A stretch of 64,000 nucleotides of DNA, from NCBI GenBank assembly GCA_963693365.1, contig CAVNZM010000001.1, forward strand, positions 18,980,125 to 19,044,124. Direction: 5' to 3'. This DNA is from Amoebidium appalachense (Eukaryota > Protista > Ichthyosporea). The notes beneath the pieces were generated by a model. The model did no database searches. It was given only the letters and a program-made list of their open reading frames with translations, and was not told where the DNA came from. Below, piece after piece: positions 1-14,365 of the stretch (the first letter of the stretch is position 1; every line of letters starts with the position of its first letter). A program made the position numbers and the translations under genes.

Positions 1-230
1 AATAACAAACCACCACCACTACCTATTCGCCCATGGCCCAACTTTCTGCCCCTTCCACCTCTATACCTCCCACAACGAAAACGTACACACACCCATCACT
101 ACACTCAAGTGCAATCGGGAACAGACTCATATGTGCATCCCCCCCCCCCCCCCTATTGGCCATCGTTCAAAATCACCCACGAGCCACTTCATGGATGCAA
201 AAAACAAAACAATTTAGATCGAAAACCCAC

Positions 231-632
231 CGAGTAAGATAGCTCAGTAAGTACACCGTCACTGCCGCCCAAAAATATACGACCGTTTTCCGTTGTGGCA
301 ACAGCGCTGTACAAGATTCCGCATGTAGGAACACTGCCAATAGCATCTCCAAACACCAGACGCCCGTTTTCCTCCATGTACACAACAACTAGTGTAACTT
401 CAGACGCGGTGACGACAACGAGCACATATTGACGACCTGTAGTGTCTGTGTGGGTAGTATGCGGTCAGCCAGATTGCATACATAAAGAAAATCCACATGA
501 CTCCTCAACACATCCAATCATGATGTACATGGGAAGGGAGCAGGAAAGTGATATTGCATGTCTCGTGCATCCCCCCTCCCCCCTCCCCCCTCCTCCTCCT
601 CCTCCGCCTTCCCCCCGCAGCTGGGCGGCCAA

Positions 633-674
<42 letters not shown>

Positions 675-682
675 AATGACCA

Positions 683-713
<31 letters not shown>

Positions 714-1593
714 AAATGCCAAAACCATCACGACAGTAGGTGGGAAAAGAAATTCAAAAAAGCATAGCGAGAACAAAGAACGAAAGAAGCAATGCTTCAC
801 TACCCCCATCCCCACCACCCGAACTATCCACTCATCAATAGGACATATGTTTCCCTGCTGGAGCATGTGTCAGATGAATGAGGCTGCCTACCCTCTTTCA
901 GTCGCGTCAGGCCCACAGCAAGAATCACCCCCTTGGCCTCGTCCCAGCCTGTCAGCCCTTGCCTGCAGGAATGCAGTATAAGCCAATGCATGTGTCAGTA
1001 TCATAACTGCTTAATCGTCATGTTCTAAAGTCCTCAAACAAAAAGCAACCTCCCCCTCCCCTCCCCCACGTGCCCTCCCTCCCCCTCTTCCTCCTCCCCC
1101 CCCCCCTCCCCCCCCCCCCCCCCCCCCCACCACCACCACCACCACCACCACTGGGCACACACATACACACAAACACACACCACCACCCACCGGTTCCCTG
1201 CCCCATCCACTCTATTATTTACCTTGTTCCTTGTACATGTAAGCTGGCCACCCCTACACACCCATACATACATCCCATGCCTGCTACATTAAGCAAACCC
1301 CCAAGGGAACATGCCAACTCCAGAAGCTCACTAACAATTACATAAATACAGTGCTTTCAGGCTTCATCTCTCTACATCTGTCAATATGTGATGATGTCAT
1401 TGTGGAGATGTATAATACGGAACACCTCCTTCCCCAACCGTTGGCCATGATCTATAGTTAGATAACCAAAGCAACCCAAATGTCACCGACACATGTCACA
1501 TGCCCCAGCCCCCCAACCCCCCCCCTTCCTCCCCCCCCCCCCCCTTCCCCTCGCAGCCCCCTCAACACACACACACACGCACCATTACCCCCC

Positions 1594-1624
<31 letters not shown>

Positions 1625-2250
1625 ACACACCTCACCACCACTACCACACCACCAGCACCACCGCCACTGCTGTTTGCCATTCATTCCACACATCACCGCC
1701 CCTTCATCCACACACACTCACACCCATCCACCCACCACACCACTTCTAACAACCATGATTAGTCAAAAACAACCCTCAGCCTCATACCTTTCGTACTGCC
1801 ACAGCACAACCTTTTTGTCCAGAGTCATCCAAACGCAGCCAAGCTCCCCAAACACGCCAGCCTTCTTTTCGACCAGCTCAGCTGTTGCTGGTTAAGAAAA
1901 CACCAAAAGTAGAACCGTTCCCAACCATTTACGGCTATCTATCCACTTACAGCGCACCTCCTGGACCTCCTGGACAGGCTATTCATTTACTGCCCTACCC
2001 CATTACAGAAACCATGCCCCTCCCTGGACAATGCCCAGCCAGTCATTACAAATCATCCCCATGCCATACACCCCCTCCCCCCTCCCCCCTCCCCCCCCCC
2101 CCCCCCCTACACACACACCTTCCCCACTTTTCCCCCCCGACACACACACGCACCCTCACTGTCTCTTTCCCACCTCTGTTGAACTCTCCTACTCCCCACG
2201 TTCCCCTCCCACCCATCCCCACCCCTTTTTCCCAAACGAAGCCCCCCCCC

Positions 2251-2281
<31 letters not shown>

Positions 2282-3744
2282 ACCTACCCCTTCTCGCCTC
2301 ACCTCCTACCTCTCCCCTTGCCACCACCATCACACAGGAAAAGCAAAAGGGCAAGGTTTCCTCACTCTCCAGATAAGAATTTTAAACCGTTTAAAACTTT
2401 CAGACATTTACGGCAAGGATACGTCTCTGCAGCTCTCTGAGAAGCGCATCTGGAAGGGCATGGTACCCTTTTCTGACAAAGAGCTCCTTGGCATGCCGTG
2501 ATGTTGTGTCTGCAAGACCAAACGAAAGTTACTTGTCAAGCATCACACATAACAGCCAGCTGCCGTTAAAACAAGTCGGACAGCTCATACCAACCCTACA
2601 ACACTGCAAGCGCCAGAGGCCCTCAACAGACAATAAAACAGCACAAAACATACGTCCATATCGAACCGGCATGGGTGAGGCTGGGCACAAAGATCACCCC
2701 ACACCTCCGCACCCCACATAGGCTTCCAAACATCACACCATGCACCTACAAAACCCATACGCACAAGCAGGCCAACACAGACATACCAGCAGGGTATAGG
2801 GTGGGGTCCTGCAGATCCTCCTGCTGGGGGTTGTTCAGGTAGTCCAGGATGCTATGGTGCAACATATGCTGGGGAGCGCTGTCCTGCGCCGCCATCACTG
2901 CTGGAAACCGTGTGATTGCCATTTGGCCATGTGAATGGCCATCTGCAGGGATCGTAGAGAATATCATCACACTGTTCACTAGCCAAAGTCGTTAATATAG
3001 ATGTGAGCTCGGACCACATTGCTACATAATACTAATCTGCTGGATCAAGGAAAAAAATGCCTAATTCCCTTTTCATGCATAAAATGCCCCTTTCACATGC
3101 AAAATATGCGCTTGAGCTCATAATGCGAAGGTTTAATAAACCATTTTTTTATATCACGTTGTTGCTTAGCACCACGGTGTTGATTAAGCACCAAACCCTA
3201 AGCATAACCAAAAGACAAACACCTACAGAACCAGTTTAAGCTGGACCAGGGAGAGAGAGGTGGAGAGGGGGGAGGGGGGGGGAAGAGGGGGGAAAGAGAA
3301 AAAGTGGGAGAGGCAGAGAAAGGGAGAGAGACGTACACACAGAGAGAGAGGAAGAGGGGGAGGGGGGGGGGGGGGGGGAGGGGGGGGTGGGAGGAAGGGA
3401 GGGAGAAAGAGACAGAGAGCGAGGAAGCGAGAGAGAGCGCGAGAGAGAGAGTGTGTGTGTGTGTCTGTGTGTGCGTGTGAGTAAGAAAGAGAGTATACCA
3501 AATGGTTTTATAACTCCACAAAAAAATAGACAGCAGAAGACGTGCAAGGAGAAGGTGTGTCCAGGTAGGAGTGAAAAAAAATGGAAATCGCGTAAGGCTC
3601 TGTTATCCAGCTCAGAGCTCAAGCCGCTCCAAATCAACCAGAACAAACACAGCAAGATTGAGCTTTACAACCCGAGAGTGCTCTCAACAGAAGAATCTTT
3701 TCTGGAGCTCGCAAGCACCAACCCCGGCACTTACTATGATTCAT
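231..3744 (-). CDS. NUP155: Nucleoporin Nup155/Nup170 family, 5' part (gene continues left of 231 and off the window)
   Basis: Phase-consistent GT-AG exons 3744-3735, 2900-2787, 2509-2423, 1887-1788, 962-892, 436-231. They give ...ALPDALLRELQ...AGVFGELGCVWMTLDKKVVLWQYE...VILAVGL...YVLVVVTASEVTLV...ENGRIFLGG, matching the Nup155 N-terminal propeller motifs ([47 protein letters not shown]). Confidence 0.85.
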
Positions 3745-6452
3745 GGCCGTGAACCGCTTGGCAGCTGTTGTTGATCACACCTTGAAAACCACGATAATTT
3801 TCAGGTTTTATATAGTAGTGTGTTCCTGCTTTCGAAAATCTCAATGCCTCCGGCGCAACACCAAAATAACCACGCACTGTAGCCGGGCTTGGGTTCACAG
3901 CTGTTTCCTTTTTCTAGCGAGAATGGTAGACTAAAACCGAAAGATTAAGTAAAGAATAGCTCGGACTAGAGCCGGGGGAGCTGGGCTGAGGACCTTACTG
4001 AATTCAGTTCCTCGGCGAAGTGTGAGAGATTCAGTGCTACAGTTTTCTAAAGTTCTAGGCACCTGGATAAGAAACGATCACTACGCTCACTTATTCGCAC
4101 TACGCTCACTTATTTGTAGGGCTGCATGAACACCTTGGTGCTGGAAGTAAAAATGCGCGCCAAAATGCATGTGAGCATCTTTTGCGTAAAAAGTGAAACA
4201 GGGATATATTACCTTCATATCTACATCAAACAAATTTGTCTTACTATCTAGATAGTTATCTCAATAAGACAACAACTGCCTTTATTCATGGTGAATTTAT
4301 TCAAGATAGCAGACATGAAAATTTAAAAAAACCTAGACTATTGATCAATCCGTGACCGATACCCCTCTTGCTAAACGTCGTTCACTCAGTAGCAAGAAGT
4401 TTTGAAAGTTTCCCCTCTATTTGTCTAAGTCACCCGCACCGAGTTGATTTTGATAATAAGAATAATAGTTTGCTGGCACACGAGTTTGGCGACCTCTGGT
4501 GCGCGTGCCACTGCCCGAGCACAGCATGTGAAGTCTAGGGTTCACTTTGTTTTGTGCATTTGGATTACAAGGGATGTGTGTAGGCGGAAAAATTATCAGA
4601 ATTTCGGTGACACCCGTTACCGAGTCATCAAAAGGGCATACATATGCGTAATCACTCGTTACAACAGCCTGTTGGTGGTGCTACGGTATACAGCTAGTCT
4701 CGGAGGTCATACAAAAACAAGCTGCGTGCAACACCCGGCAAGAGTGTCAACTCCGCCGATTCTCTCTAGTCACTACCTAGATCTCGTACCCAAGGCAGCC
4801 CCAATGTAAGGAGGGTGATCGAAGGAGCCTTTCGAGCTCGCAAGGAAGGTGGGTAGGGTGGGGGAGGGGGGGGGGGGGGGGGATGTGGACATGGTGGGGG
4901 ACAGGAAGTCACGGTCATCTTAACACATCTTGCCATGCCTCGGGTATTAAACCGTGTAAAGAGAGGAAAGGGAAATGCCCTCTTTCCCATCCCCACCGCT
5001 ATACACACACGCTCAAACGACTAAGTTGACGTAATGGAAATGAGGTGGAGTCAAAGAAAGCAGCAAAAAAAAAAAGGTTCCCCGGGGTGCACATTTTGCA
5101 TAAAACGTAATTTTTTTGGACCGCTAGCCGAAAACAGTGTCATTATAGAAGAAAATTATTAAAGGCGGAAGGCCATTGTATCTCAACAGCGTTCAACTCA
5201 AAATAACCCGTTTTAACGCAGCTCACTTGAGATTCGAGGGCGCGGGGGGAAAAGTGCACAAATTTCTGGCTCGTAAAACGTGCTTTCATGGGGGCCCTTC
5301 ACACAACAACTGATGTGATGTAATGGGCAGCTTTTACTACGAGGACTTTGCAATTATTGATATCGATGGCAAATTTTCAACTTATTTTTGTTGATGAACG
5401 CCTGGAGGAAGAGCCTCGAGCTCGCCTTACGAAGTTACTGTGCCTTTAGTCACCTGCGTGCACACATAAACACTTTTACTGTAGTCACTGTAAGCCTGCT
5501 GCACAACTGCTGCTGGCAGCCCGGCGGCCTGCAGGGCTGCGGGCAAGCCCGCCGGCTGCGCGCCAAAATTTTCAGTTGGTGAAAGCGGCGCCTGATGTTA
5601 AGCCAATCATTTTCTTTTCTGATCCGTTTTATTATCGTAGGTGTATGGGAAGGAAGATCCGCATGTGGTCCTTCTCCGAGTCTTGCAAAACAACAGTAGT
5701 AACAATGTTTCATAAGGGAAGGGCTCCAGCAATAAATATATTTATTAAATACCTAGTACGAGCAGGATTTCAGGGGCGCAGGGGTGGGGAGCGCTCAGCT
5801 CACGGTCCCCCGCGGCGTGCTGAGAACGGCAGAAGCTCGAAGCCGGTACGCGCACGTGTCGAAACACACCTGGCAAAACACTGGCGAATTGAAATATTCC
5901 AACGGCTTCAACCTGAACTATCGATGAAAGTTATATTCACTTAGTCTAAAATAAATAATTTGAATAATATCTTGCATTTTTTTGTTATTAAAACACTTTT
6001 TTTCAGTGTTGATGTGCACATTGTTAATGTTGCATGCTTCGAATGTTCTCACGCTTCTCTCGTTCGCGAAAAGCTTCCGTTCATTGGAAGCTAGTCACGC
6101 AGAATACTTTCCGCATCACGTTCGACTAACAGCACATGCATTTCAGCCAATCAACGTGGAGTGGTGCGGTACATCTTTTGACATTCGACTTGAAAAAAAT
6201 TTCTTGCCGCCAACATAGTTTCTTCACGTCCACGCTGGTCAGCACAGGAGACACAGCTGTTTCAATTTTTTTCACCTTGCTTCTGGCTATGTTAGTGAGG
6301 TGGAAAAAGACAGCGTCTAGGTGTTGTTAGTCCTGCAGTGGAGATAGTAGCACAGCCCCGTTTTTTAAAGGAAAGCCAGCCCTTAAGAAGTAGCTTGAGC
6401 TTTGTTACATAAGCAACTAGATTACCAAGTGCCTGTACAAACTCGCACCACC

Positions 6453-9400
6453 ATGGTTCCCCGCACTGAGAAACGGGTGGATCCCGTGTCCGAGGCCCCC
6501 AATACCGCTGCCTCAAGGGCACCAGTTATGCCTAAGACGACACATGTTGGGCCTCTGAAGGAGTTCACGCGCGTAGACTACAACCAGGTGGGTGCAGGCT
6601 AACGACAAAAGTGGGATAAGAGGTTTGTCTTTTAGTTATACTTCCCGGTTAGATTGCTCTCTTTTGCATTTTTTCTGGCTGCCGAACTAACCTGGCGCTT
6701 CCAAGATGTTTTTCTGGGAGAGCTGGGAAAGGAGGACATGTGGGCATGCTGGCGTTTGGAAAGGGGAGGATGGATGTGAGAGGGCGGGGGGGAGGGGGTT
6801 AGCTGACGTTTATTGGTGCCTGCGCATATAATGGTGTCTGGGTGGGTGTGGGTTTGTGGTAGTGGTGGGGATGGGGAAAGGGGATAGATTGCGTTTGAAG
6901 ACGAAGATAGCTCACGACTCTTTTGGTTGGTTACTCCGTCGCTACACGCCAATGACAGTGGTGAAGCTCGGGCTAGGCTGGCCAGAGCAAGGGTCATGGC
7001 ATGTTATGGGTGGGAAGGGTGGAACATGTTAGTTTGCAGCTCCGTGGTAAGAAAAAGTAGATACAGGTGGTCAGTGCTATTTTCTCTCCCCTTTGACCCC
7101 TTCACCTCTGTTTTTTCGTGGTTGTGGTGCAGTCGAGACGTGAGTAAGAGCCGCTGTTCTGATGGTTACTGGTACGCACAGCCGCACTGGAAAAGGCGAA
7201 AGGCCATTATGGCAGCACATCCGGAGGTAGAGGACTTGCACGTGTACGATCCGGTCAGTGCAGTTTGGACTGTGGCCCTCGTGGCTACCATGTACTGCAT
7301 TTGCTTCTACCTTAAGGTACATTTTATGGATGAGCTTCATGAGCTATCTGTGATAATGCGTGCCCCAGACGCTTGTGGGCCCTCTTCCCTCCGTGGGCCC
7401 CCCCTGAGGATGGGCTCTGCTTATTATGCATACTCTTTATGTATGGCTTGCATTCTGCATCGTGTTATCCGTTTGTTCTTGTGTACTTCGTACTTTTTGA
7501 CGCATTCAAAACCCCCCTTCCCCTCCGCTCATTCCCCCAATTTTCTTTATCCGAATCTTGCCTCTGCTCACTGCAAACCAGCACATCTCAGTTATGGCTT
7601 CTCAGTTATGGCTGATTTGGGAGAGCGATGAACTGGTTACTTTTGGGACTCTTCTAATCTACACGTGCACGTGTATGTGCATGGACACTGTCTTAGTATG
7701 GAGGTTGTGTTGCGCATCTGTATTTTGGACGTGTGTGTGTGTGGTGGTGGTGGTGTGTGTGTGTGGGAAGGGGGGGGGGGGGGGGGGGGCACACACACTT
7801 GCCCACGCACACCCATCATATTCTCTAAGCGATTCCCTGCCTGTCGTTATGTGTTGCACACACACATGTGCGCGTGTGCGGTGATATGCACACAAAAGAA
7901 GATCGGCTTGATACAAGATGGGAACGTTTCAGGACTATGCATAAACCGGATGCAAACGATCATACCTTGTTGCATATAGGATGGCTATAGCTCGATATCA
8001 TCCCCTTTTGCCCATTAAGGTTTGGCATTCAACTGTTCATCTTTGTCGAAATGCTTTGACATTCCCATTGTGTCCCTCATGTTGTCGGGTTCTTCGTTTG
8101 TTTGGCTCTCCACATTTATGCACGTGGTTGTCTTGGTGTTGTTCGCCGTCAGACACACGACTCTGCCTTTACCCCCTCTTCCCCGTTCCCCCCCCCCCCC
8201 CCCCCCCCCCCCCCCGTCCCTTTCTCCCGCTTTTTTGCGTACACAGCTGTACTTCGTGCCGAGTAATAATCCTCCCCTCCCCCTTCCCCCCCCCCCCCCC
8301 CCCCTCCCCCCCGCCTCTCCCAGAGGGAATATTACTGGTTTGAAATCTCCTTTTCGCTGCACCGAATTTTCTGTGCTTTGTTCTTTTTGTGTCGTGTTAT
8401 TTTCTTCTCCGCATCACTATGTGGCTAAATGCACCTGCATCGGCTTTTGTAGTTAGCTGATTGTGCAGGAGACTTTTTGTACCGGGCATGGAGTACTCCC
8501 CCTGGGGCGCGCGCACACACACACACCACCACCACCACCACACTGACACACACTCGCAGTCACACACACACAAACATGTGTGTTTCTTTTGCATGTCGCT
8601 GATATGCTTGATACATTTCGTTGTGTGTCATGTTGATTATGTCCGAGTTCTCGCGCCCTTTGCCTGCAAAAGCGATTTCAAGAATGACAGTAGCCGTGTG
8701 TCGTTGGGGAGGAAGTGGAAGGAGAGGGGAAAGGGGGCGGGCATATTTTGGAGGGAAATCTGTACCGTTGTATCGTTTTGACCCAGGCTTTTGCTTTAGT
8801 TTTTGACATTTTTAGTCTGAATGTAGGTGAGGGCCCAATTCGTGGTGTTGCATGCTATACGACAGATGTCGATGTTGTGAGCTTGGACTGCTTTGTTGTC
8901 TACATGTCGACGTATAGCTGTTGCTGGTGCTTGTTTCTTCCTCGTTGCTCACTCTCTCTGATGCACTCTCTGTCCCCCTCCCTCCCTCCCTTTCTCTTCT
9001 CCCTCTCTTTCTCTCACTCCTCCCCCCCCCCCCCCCCCCCCCCCCCCCTGCCCACCCATGTTCAAGTGAAGCAGTATCTGAATTGGTTTCGTTGACGAGG
9101 TGAATGGGACGAAACTCGGGTACTGTTATGGCGTGGGCCTCCCTGAAAATGGGCTCTGCTTTCTATGCATACTCTTTATGTATGGTTTGCACTCTGCATC
9201 GTGTTATCCGATGTTCATGTGTACTTCGTACTTTGACGCATTCAATCCCCCCCCCCCCCCCCCCCCACCAGAGGATGGGATCTGCTTATTTTGCATTCTC
9301 GTTGTGTGGTTTGCACTCTGCATCGTGTTGCCCGTTGTTTATGTGCACTTCGTGTTTAAAGTGCATTCAACCCCCCCCTGACAGGGTGAGCTCTGCTTAT

Positions 9401-9691
9401 TGTGCATACTGCTTATGTGTGGTTTGCACTCGGCTTTGTGTTGCCCGTTATGAATGTGTACTTCGTACTCTATAACATTCAATCCCTCCTCTCCCCTCCC
9501 TCTCCTCCCTCCCTCCCTCTCCTTGTGTGTGGGTGGTGTGTGTGTGTTGGGGGAGGGGGAGGGGGGAGTATCTGTTTGTGTGTGGGGGGTGGAGGGGGGG
9601 GAGGATGAGAGTCCCTTCTTGTATGTGTGCGTGTTTGTACCCTTTTGATTTTTTTTTTTTTTTTTTTGGGGGGGGGGGGGGGGGGGATGGT

Positions 9692-9722
<31 letters not shown>

Positions 9723-10612
9723 GGGATGGTTTGTGCATGTACCCATCTATATTTCTAGGTGTGCAGGATCTCACATTGTTCCTAACACAGGACTACAGCT
9801 GGGGGGCACTGTTTGCTGTGGGCTACATCTTTGGGGCCGTAGTGGACCATGCCCTGTGGGTGCTCGTGCACGATCTGGGCCACGAGACGGCATTCAAGAC
9901 CAAGTGGCTAAATCACGTCTTCCTTCTCATGGCTAATGTGCCCCACATATTCCCTTCCGCTGTCACTTTCAAGTATTACCACAAGCAGCACCACACCAAC
10001 CTCAACGAAACATATCAGGATCCCGACATTCCGGGCCCCACGGAGCAGCGTCTGTTTGGCAACTCGACGCTTGGGAAGATGGGATACCTTCTGTTCTTCC
10101 CCCTCCTTCAGGTTGTGCGAACACACCGGTACGGAGAGTTGTATTTCGATCGCTGGGTGTTGCTAAACTATCTCACATCCATCCCTATCAACCTCTACGT
10201 TCTGTTTTTCTGGGGGCCCAAGGCACTTTTCTTCCTTTTGGTGAGCTCCATTTTCTCCATCGGTCTTCACCCCGTTGGTGCACGGTGGATTGCCGAGCAC
10301 TATGCGCTGAGGCCGGAGCAGGAGACATATTCCTACTACGGACCCGTTAATCTGGTTGCGTTTAACATTGGCTACCACAACGAACACCACGATCTTCCAC
10401 GTATTCCCTGGTCCAAGCTCCCTGCACTCACAAAGACGGCACCAGAGTTCTATGAGCCACTCTATGCACACCCGTCTTATCTCGGTCTGCTATGGAATTT
10501 CTTCACCAACCCGAACTTTACACTGCAGTCTCGTGTGGTGCGTGAGAGCAAGGGGGTGACGAAAGAAGAGCAAGCCGCGTACGAGGGCTCTGACATGAAA
10601 AAGGCTGTGTGA
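6453..10612 (+). CDS. DEGS1: Sphingolipid delta(4)-desaturase / C4-hydroxylase (DEGS family)
   Basis: Exons 6453-6587, 7182-7316, 9791-10612, with ATG in ACCACCATGG context. N-terminal EFTRVDYNQPHWKRRKAIMAAHPEV (Lipid_DES-type motif), three His boxes HDLGH, HKQHH, HNEHH, and GLHPVGARWIAEH...QETYSYYGP. Confidence 0.95.
7394..7517 (+). repeat. Dispersed intronic repeat family, short-type copy
   Basis: TGGGCCCCCCCTGAGGATGGGCTCTGCTTA...GTGTACTTCGTAC...GCATTCAA followed by a C-run; shared with copies listed below. Confidence 0.85.
9059..9485 (+). repeat. Dispersed intronic repeat family: head plus three tandem short-type copies
   Basis: Cores at ~9141-9245, ~9270-9370 and ~9378-9482, separated by C-runs. 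The 5' extension 9059-9140 aligns with 62905-62996. Confidence 0.85.
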
Positions 10613-11556
10613 TGTTATCGGTGTGTTCGTGTGCTAGCTGGTACTATATTCTTCACGCTTTATATATGGTTTGGCACATAGTTCAGCAACTGGGTTGCAA
10701 TGTAAACGCTTTGCGCTGATCAGGGTGGTCGGGGGACTCGTATACATAGGTTTTTCCTTTGACATATAGCATAATCTTATACATCAAGTATCTCTCTCTC
10801 TTTTTTTTTTTATTGAACACTAGCTTTAAGTGACTTCTTGACCATGGGGTGGTTTGTTTGAGTGCCTGCAGCTTTATAATGATATTGTAGAAGGCTTGTT
10901 TGTTTCCCTGGCATGTAACCGCGCTGTAATTAAATATTCCTTATGGGGATTAAGGTGGGGGACGCTGTGTTTCTTTGACCACAACTGTTATTAAGCCTCT
11001 ATAATGTAGTGTTGCAGTGATGGGTGATGATTTTTTTTTTCTTGGTTTGTTTGACATTGATTCATGTAAGGGGGTAGCCTTACAGTACAGTGTCGTGATG
11101 TCTGGCGGCATGGAACAAATGTGTACCCGTGTGACCAAACTGTCCGTTGGTGGGCAAGAACATAGATGGTGTGCTGCTGCTGCCTTGTACATGTTCGGCT
11201 TTTGCCTGTTCTTGCCATCATGGTGATGCGAAATACAAACCTCGAAACTGGTACCTGTGCTGGTGTCTGTGTATCTGGGCCTCCATCCATTTTACACATC
11301 AAGTTCTTGGTTAATTGTGCAGCGCAGGTACTTCGGGCTGCGTCATGACCGTCTGCGCATGCTTTCTGGAAAGGCCTTCCCCCCCTCCCTCCCTCCCCCC
11401 CCCCCCCCCCCCCCCCCCTTCCTCCCCAAACTCACCCACCGTACACACACACACACACACACACACACATGACTAACAATCCACCACCACCACCATCACT
11501 TGCTTTTTATGCCGTATACGGCCATGACTGATAATGAAAAAGGTAACCTCCCCCCT

Positions 11557-11598
<42 letters not shown>

Positions 11599-11674
11599 CC
11601 CGCGGACAACCGTGCATGCGCACCACGCACACATGGCCACATGTACATACACGCACACACAAAAATACGAACGC

Positions 11675-11727
<53 letters not shown>

Positions 11728-12150
11728 AAGTTTAACAAACAAAGAAATATTTGTGGCACACAACAATACAATGCGGAACTGGTCAACCTTTCGATCCTCC
11801 TTCAGCCTCACGTGATGTCACAGATGTAGCTCAGGCCTGCAGCGTGAAGTTCATATCCGACAAATTCAAAACCACCCTCAAATGAAACAAACCCTCGTGC
11901 TGAAGGCGGGCGTGCCCACGCGTACGGTGTCCTTTATTTGAGTCTAACAGAGCTCCTCAGAAGCTGCAGCCAGCTACACTCATCTCAGAACATCGACATG
12001 TACAACTCTTACAGGTAGCAAGTTCTTTATTGCCTTCACACTAATTTACAAGTACTTTGGTGGTGTTGCTCTACCAAACAAGAGGTCCATTTAATAATCA
12101 TCAGGGTAATATGCGTTAGTCCCGTGGGCATTGAACTCGAATCCGCGAAT

Positions 12151-12531
12151 TCATTCAACCTGTACTTGCTGTTTCGAATCCAGAGCATTCACAAGCCAAT
12201 CTAATCCTTCGTACAAGCCATCACCTGTTAACGCATTGCTTGGTTGCACCTTCCATTTACGATTAAGCGATTGCAAATTCAATGCACTTGTAACCGTTTC
12301 TGTGTCTGCAGCCCCAGGCAGGTCATTCTTGTTTGCAAATACGAGTAACACGGCGCTTTCTAGCTCGGGTGCTTCCATCAATATTTTCAACTCGTGCTGT
12401 GCCTGTGGTTGAACGACAGTGAATATTGGATTGTTACGTGCACAACGGCTTTAAGATATATTAATGTGCAAGTTAGAGTATGTGATGGCATTGGCATGGT
12501 GGCAGGAAATAGGACCTATGAAATCCCCCCC

Positions 12532-12566
<35 letters not shown>

Positions 12567-13541
12567 CCCCCCCCCCCCCCCCCACACCCACCCCCCTTGT
12601 TTTTTGTTGTTGTTGCGTGTGTGTGTGTGTGGCGGCGGCCCCCCCTCCTCTTGTTTTTGTTGTCGTGTGTGAGTGTGGCTGGGGGAAGAGGGGGGGGTGG
12701 GGGTGGGGGTGGGGTGGGGGTGGCGGTGGGTGGGTGGGTGGGTGGGGGGGGGGGGGGGGGGGGGGGGAGTCTTGGGGCCCATCGCACGGCAAACACACAC
12801 GGACACATTCCCGCACTCTGCCTCCCCCCTCCCCCCTCCCCCCTCCCCCGAAGCCCTCTCCTTCCTTCCATTTAAACCTTCCTTAAAAGGTGAAGGGAAA
12901 AGGTGTGACCGGGTGTGCATGTACTTGCGGGTGAGCCTTTGTGCATCGTCTGTGTGTCTATGTGTGTGTGTATATGCGCGCACGGGTGCGCATCAATGCC
13001 ACCCCAGGTTTGTGCCTGTATGTGTGTGTGTGCAACGGTGTGCACGTACGTGCACGAAATAACGGCACGTGCGGGAGGTGCAGGTGGAGGAGGGGGAGGG
13101 ATCACGGAGATAGGAGGTGGAGATCTAGAGGAGGAGAACTTTGAGACAAGGGGAAGAGCGAGGCCCGGGGAGCCTCCCCGGGGAGAGGGGGGAGGGGGGG
13201 AGGGGGGGGGGGGGGGGGCGCCCGGGAGGTAGGGAGGCAGGGGGTTGGGTGGGTGGCTGTGTGATGATCAGTAAGGCAGAGAGGAGGGAAGAAGCCAGGG
13301 AGGGGACGGAGAGACCCCGAGAGAGGGAGAGGGGAAGGGAGGTAGGGAAGGAGGGAGTAAGGGATGGAGGCAGGAGGGAGGGAGGCACGAAGGGAGAGGG
13401 TAGGGTGATGGTGGTGGTGGTGGTGGTGGTGGTGGGGGGGGGGGGGGGGGAAGAGGGAGGGGCGCGGCTCCATGTTGTTTTTGGCATCTCTTTATCTTTA
13501 ACTTATTTCAATTTTCTATTTGACTTTTTTTTTTTTTTTTT

Positions 13542-13580
<39 letters not shown>

Positions 13581-13619
13581 AGGGGGAAGGGGCGAGGGGG
13601 GAGGGGAGGGAGGGGGGAA

Positions 13620-13657
<38 letters not shown>

Positions 13658-14365
13658 CTAAGTGGGTGTTCGTTTTTGTACCCTCCAGAGACGGTAGAAG
13701 CCGGGAAGCCCCGGGGAAGGAAGAGCTTGGAAACTAAGGGGGGGGACCAAACAGGTTCCCTCACGAGATTATGCAGACGAAGGAAACATGTCTGGTGAAT
13801 TCAAACAGGCATTCTCGGGAACATCCAAATAAAAATTCAAGTCTGCCTCTCGTCCACTTATCGACTTCACCCTGCGGTTGAGTTGCCTAGTCTCTGAGTT
13901 CTCCAAACTTCACCCTAACCCCTCTCTGCCCCTTCTTTCGGCTAGTGTATGCAATATAAAAACGAGAGGGGAAGGGGGGAGGGGGGAGGGGGGTGGAAGG
14001 GAGGGGGGCAGAGGGGGGAAAGGAGGGTACGCCGAGGAAAAGGGTCATCACACACATACCTCTGCAAACCTTGGGTGATCGGTTGAGTCGACAACAAAGA
14101 TAATACCACATGTGCCCGGAAAATAGTGTCGCCAGAGAGGGCGCAGCCCGGTTGACCCACCCACGTCCCACACAGTGAAAGTTGAGTTCTTGCGTTTAAT
14201 TGTTTCTGCATTGAAACCAACGGTAGCTATCGTGCTTACTGTATGGTTGAGCTTCACACGATATAGTATGGTCGTTTTTCCTGCAAAGTCGAGCCCAACC
14301 ATGAGTAAGCGAGTGTTTGCCCTACCCCAGATTTTGTCGAACAAAGTGGAAAAAACCGAGCCCAT
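12151..14365 (-). CDS. ARF/ARL-family small GTPase, divergent (switch II DVGGS)
   Basis: Exons 14365-14060 and 12402-12151. MG start (myristoylation), [10 protein letters not shown]-loop, [49 protein letters not shown]. Confidence 0.93.

Noticed and set aside
4079-4115. 19-bp direct repeat CACTACGCTCACTTATT x2
   Set aside because: Simple local duplication with no further structure.
9141-9485. CRISPR-like repeat/spacer array
   Set aside because: Eukaryotic intron; the units are ~105-nt diverged repeats separated by poly-C, with no unique spacers or cas genes.
12110-12150. tRNA-like T-arm on the minus strand (GAGTTCAATGCCC)
   Set aside because: No cloverleaf or D arm; it lies in the ARF 3'UTR immediately after the stop.
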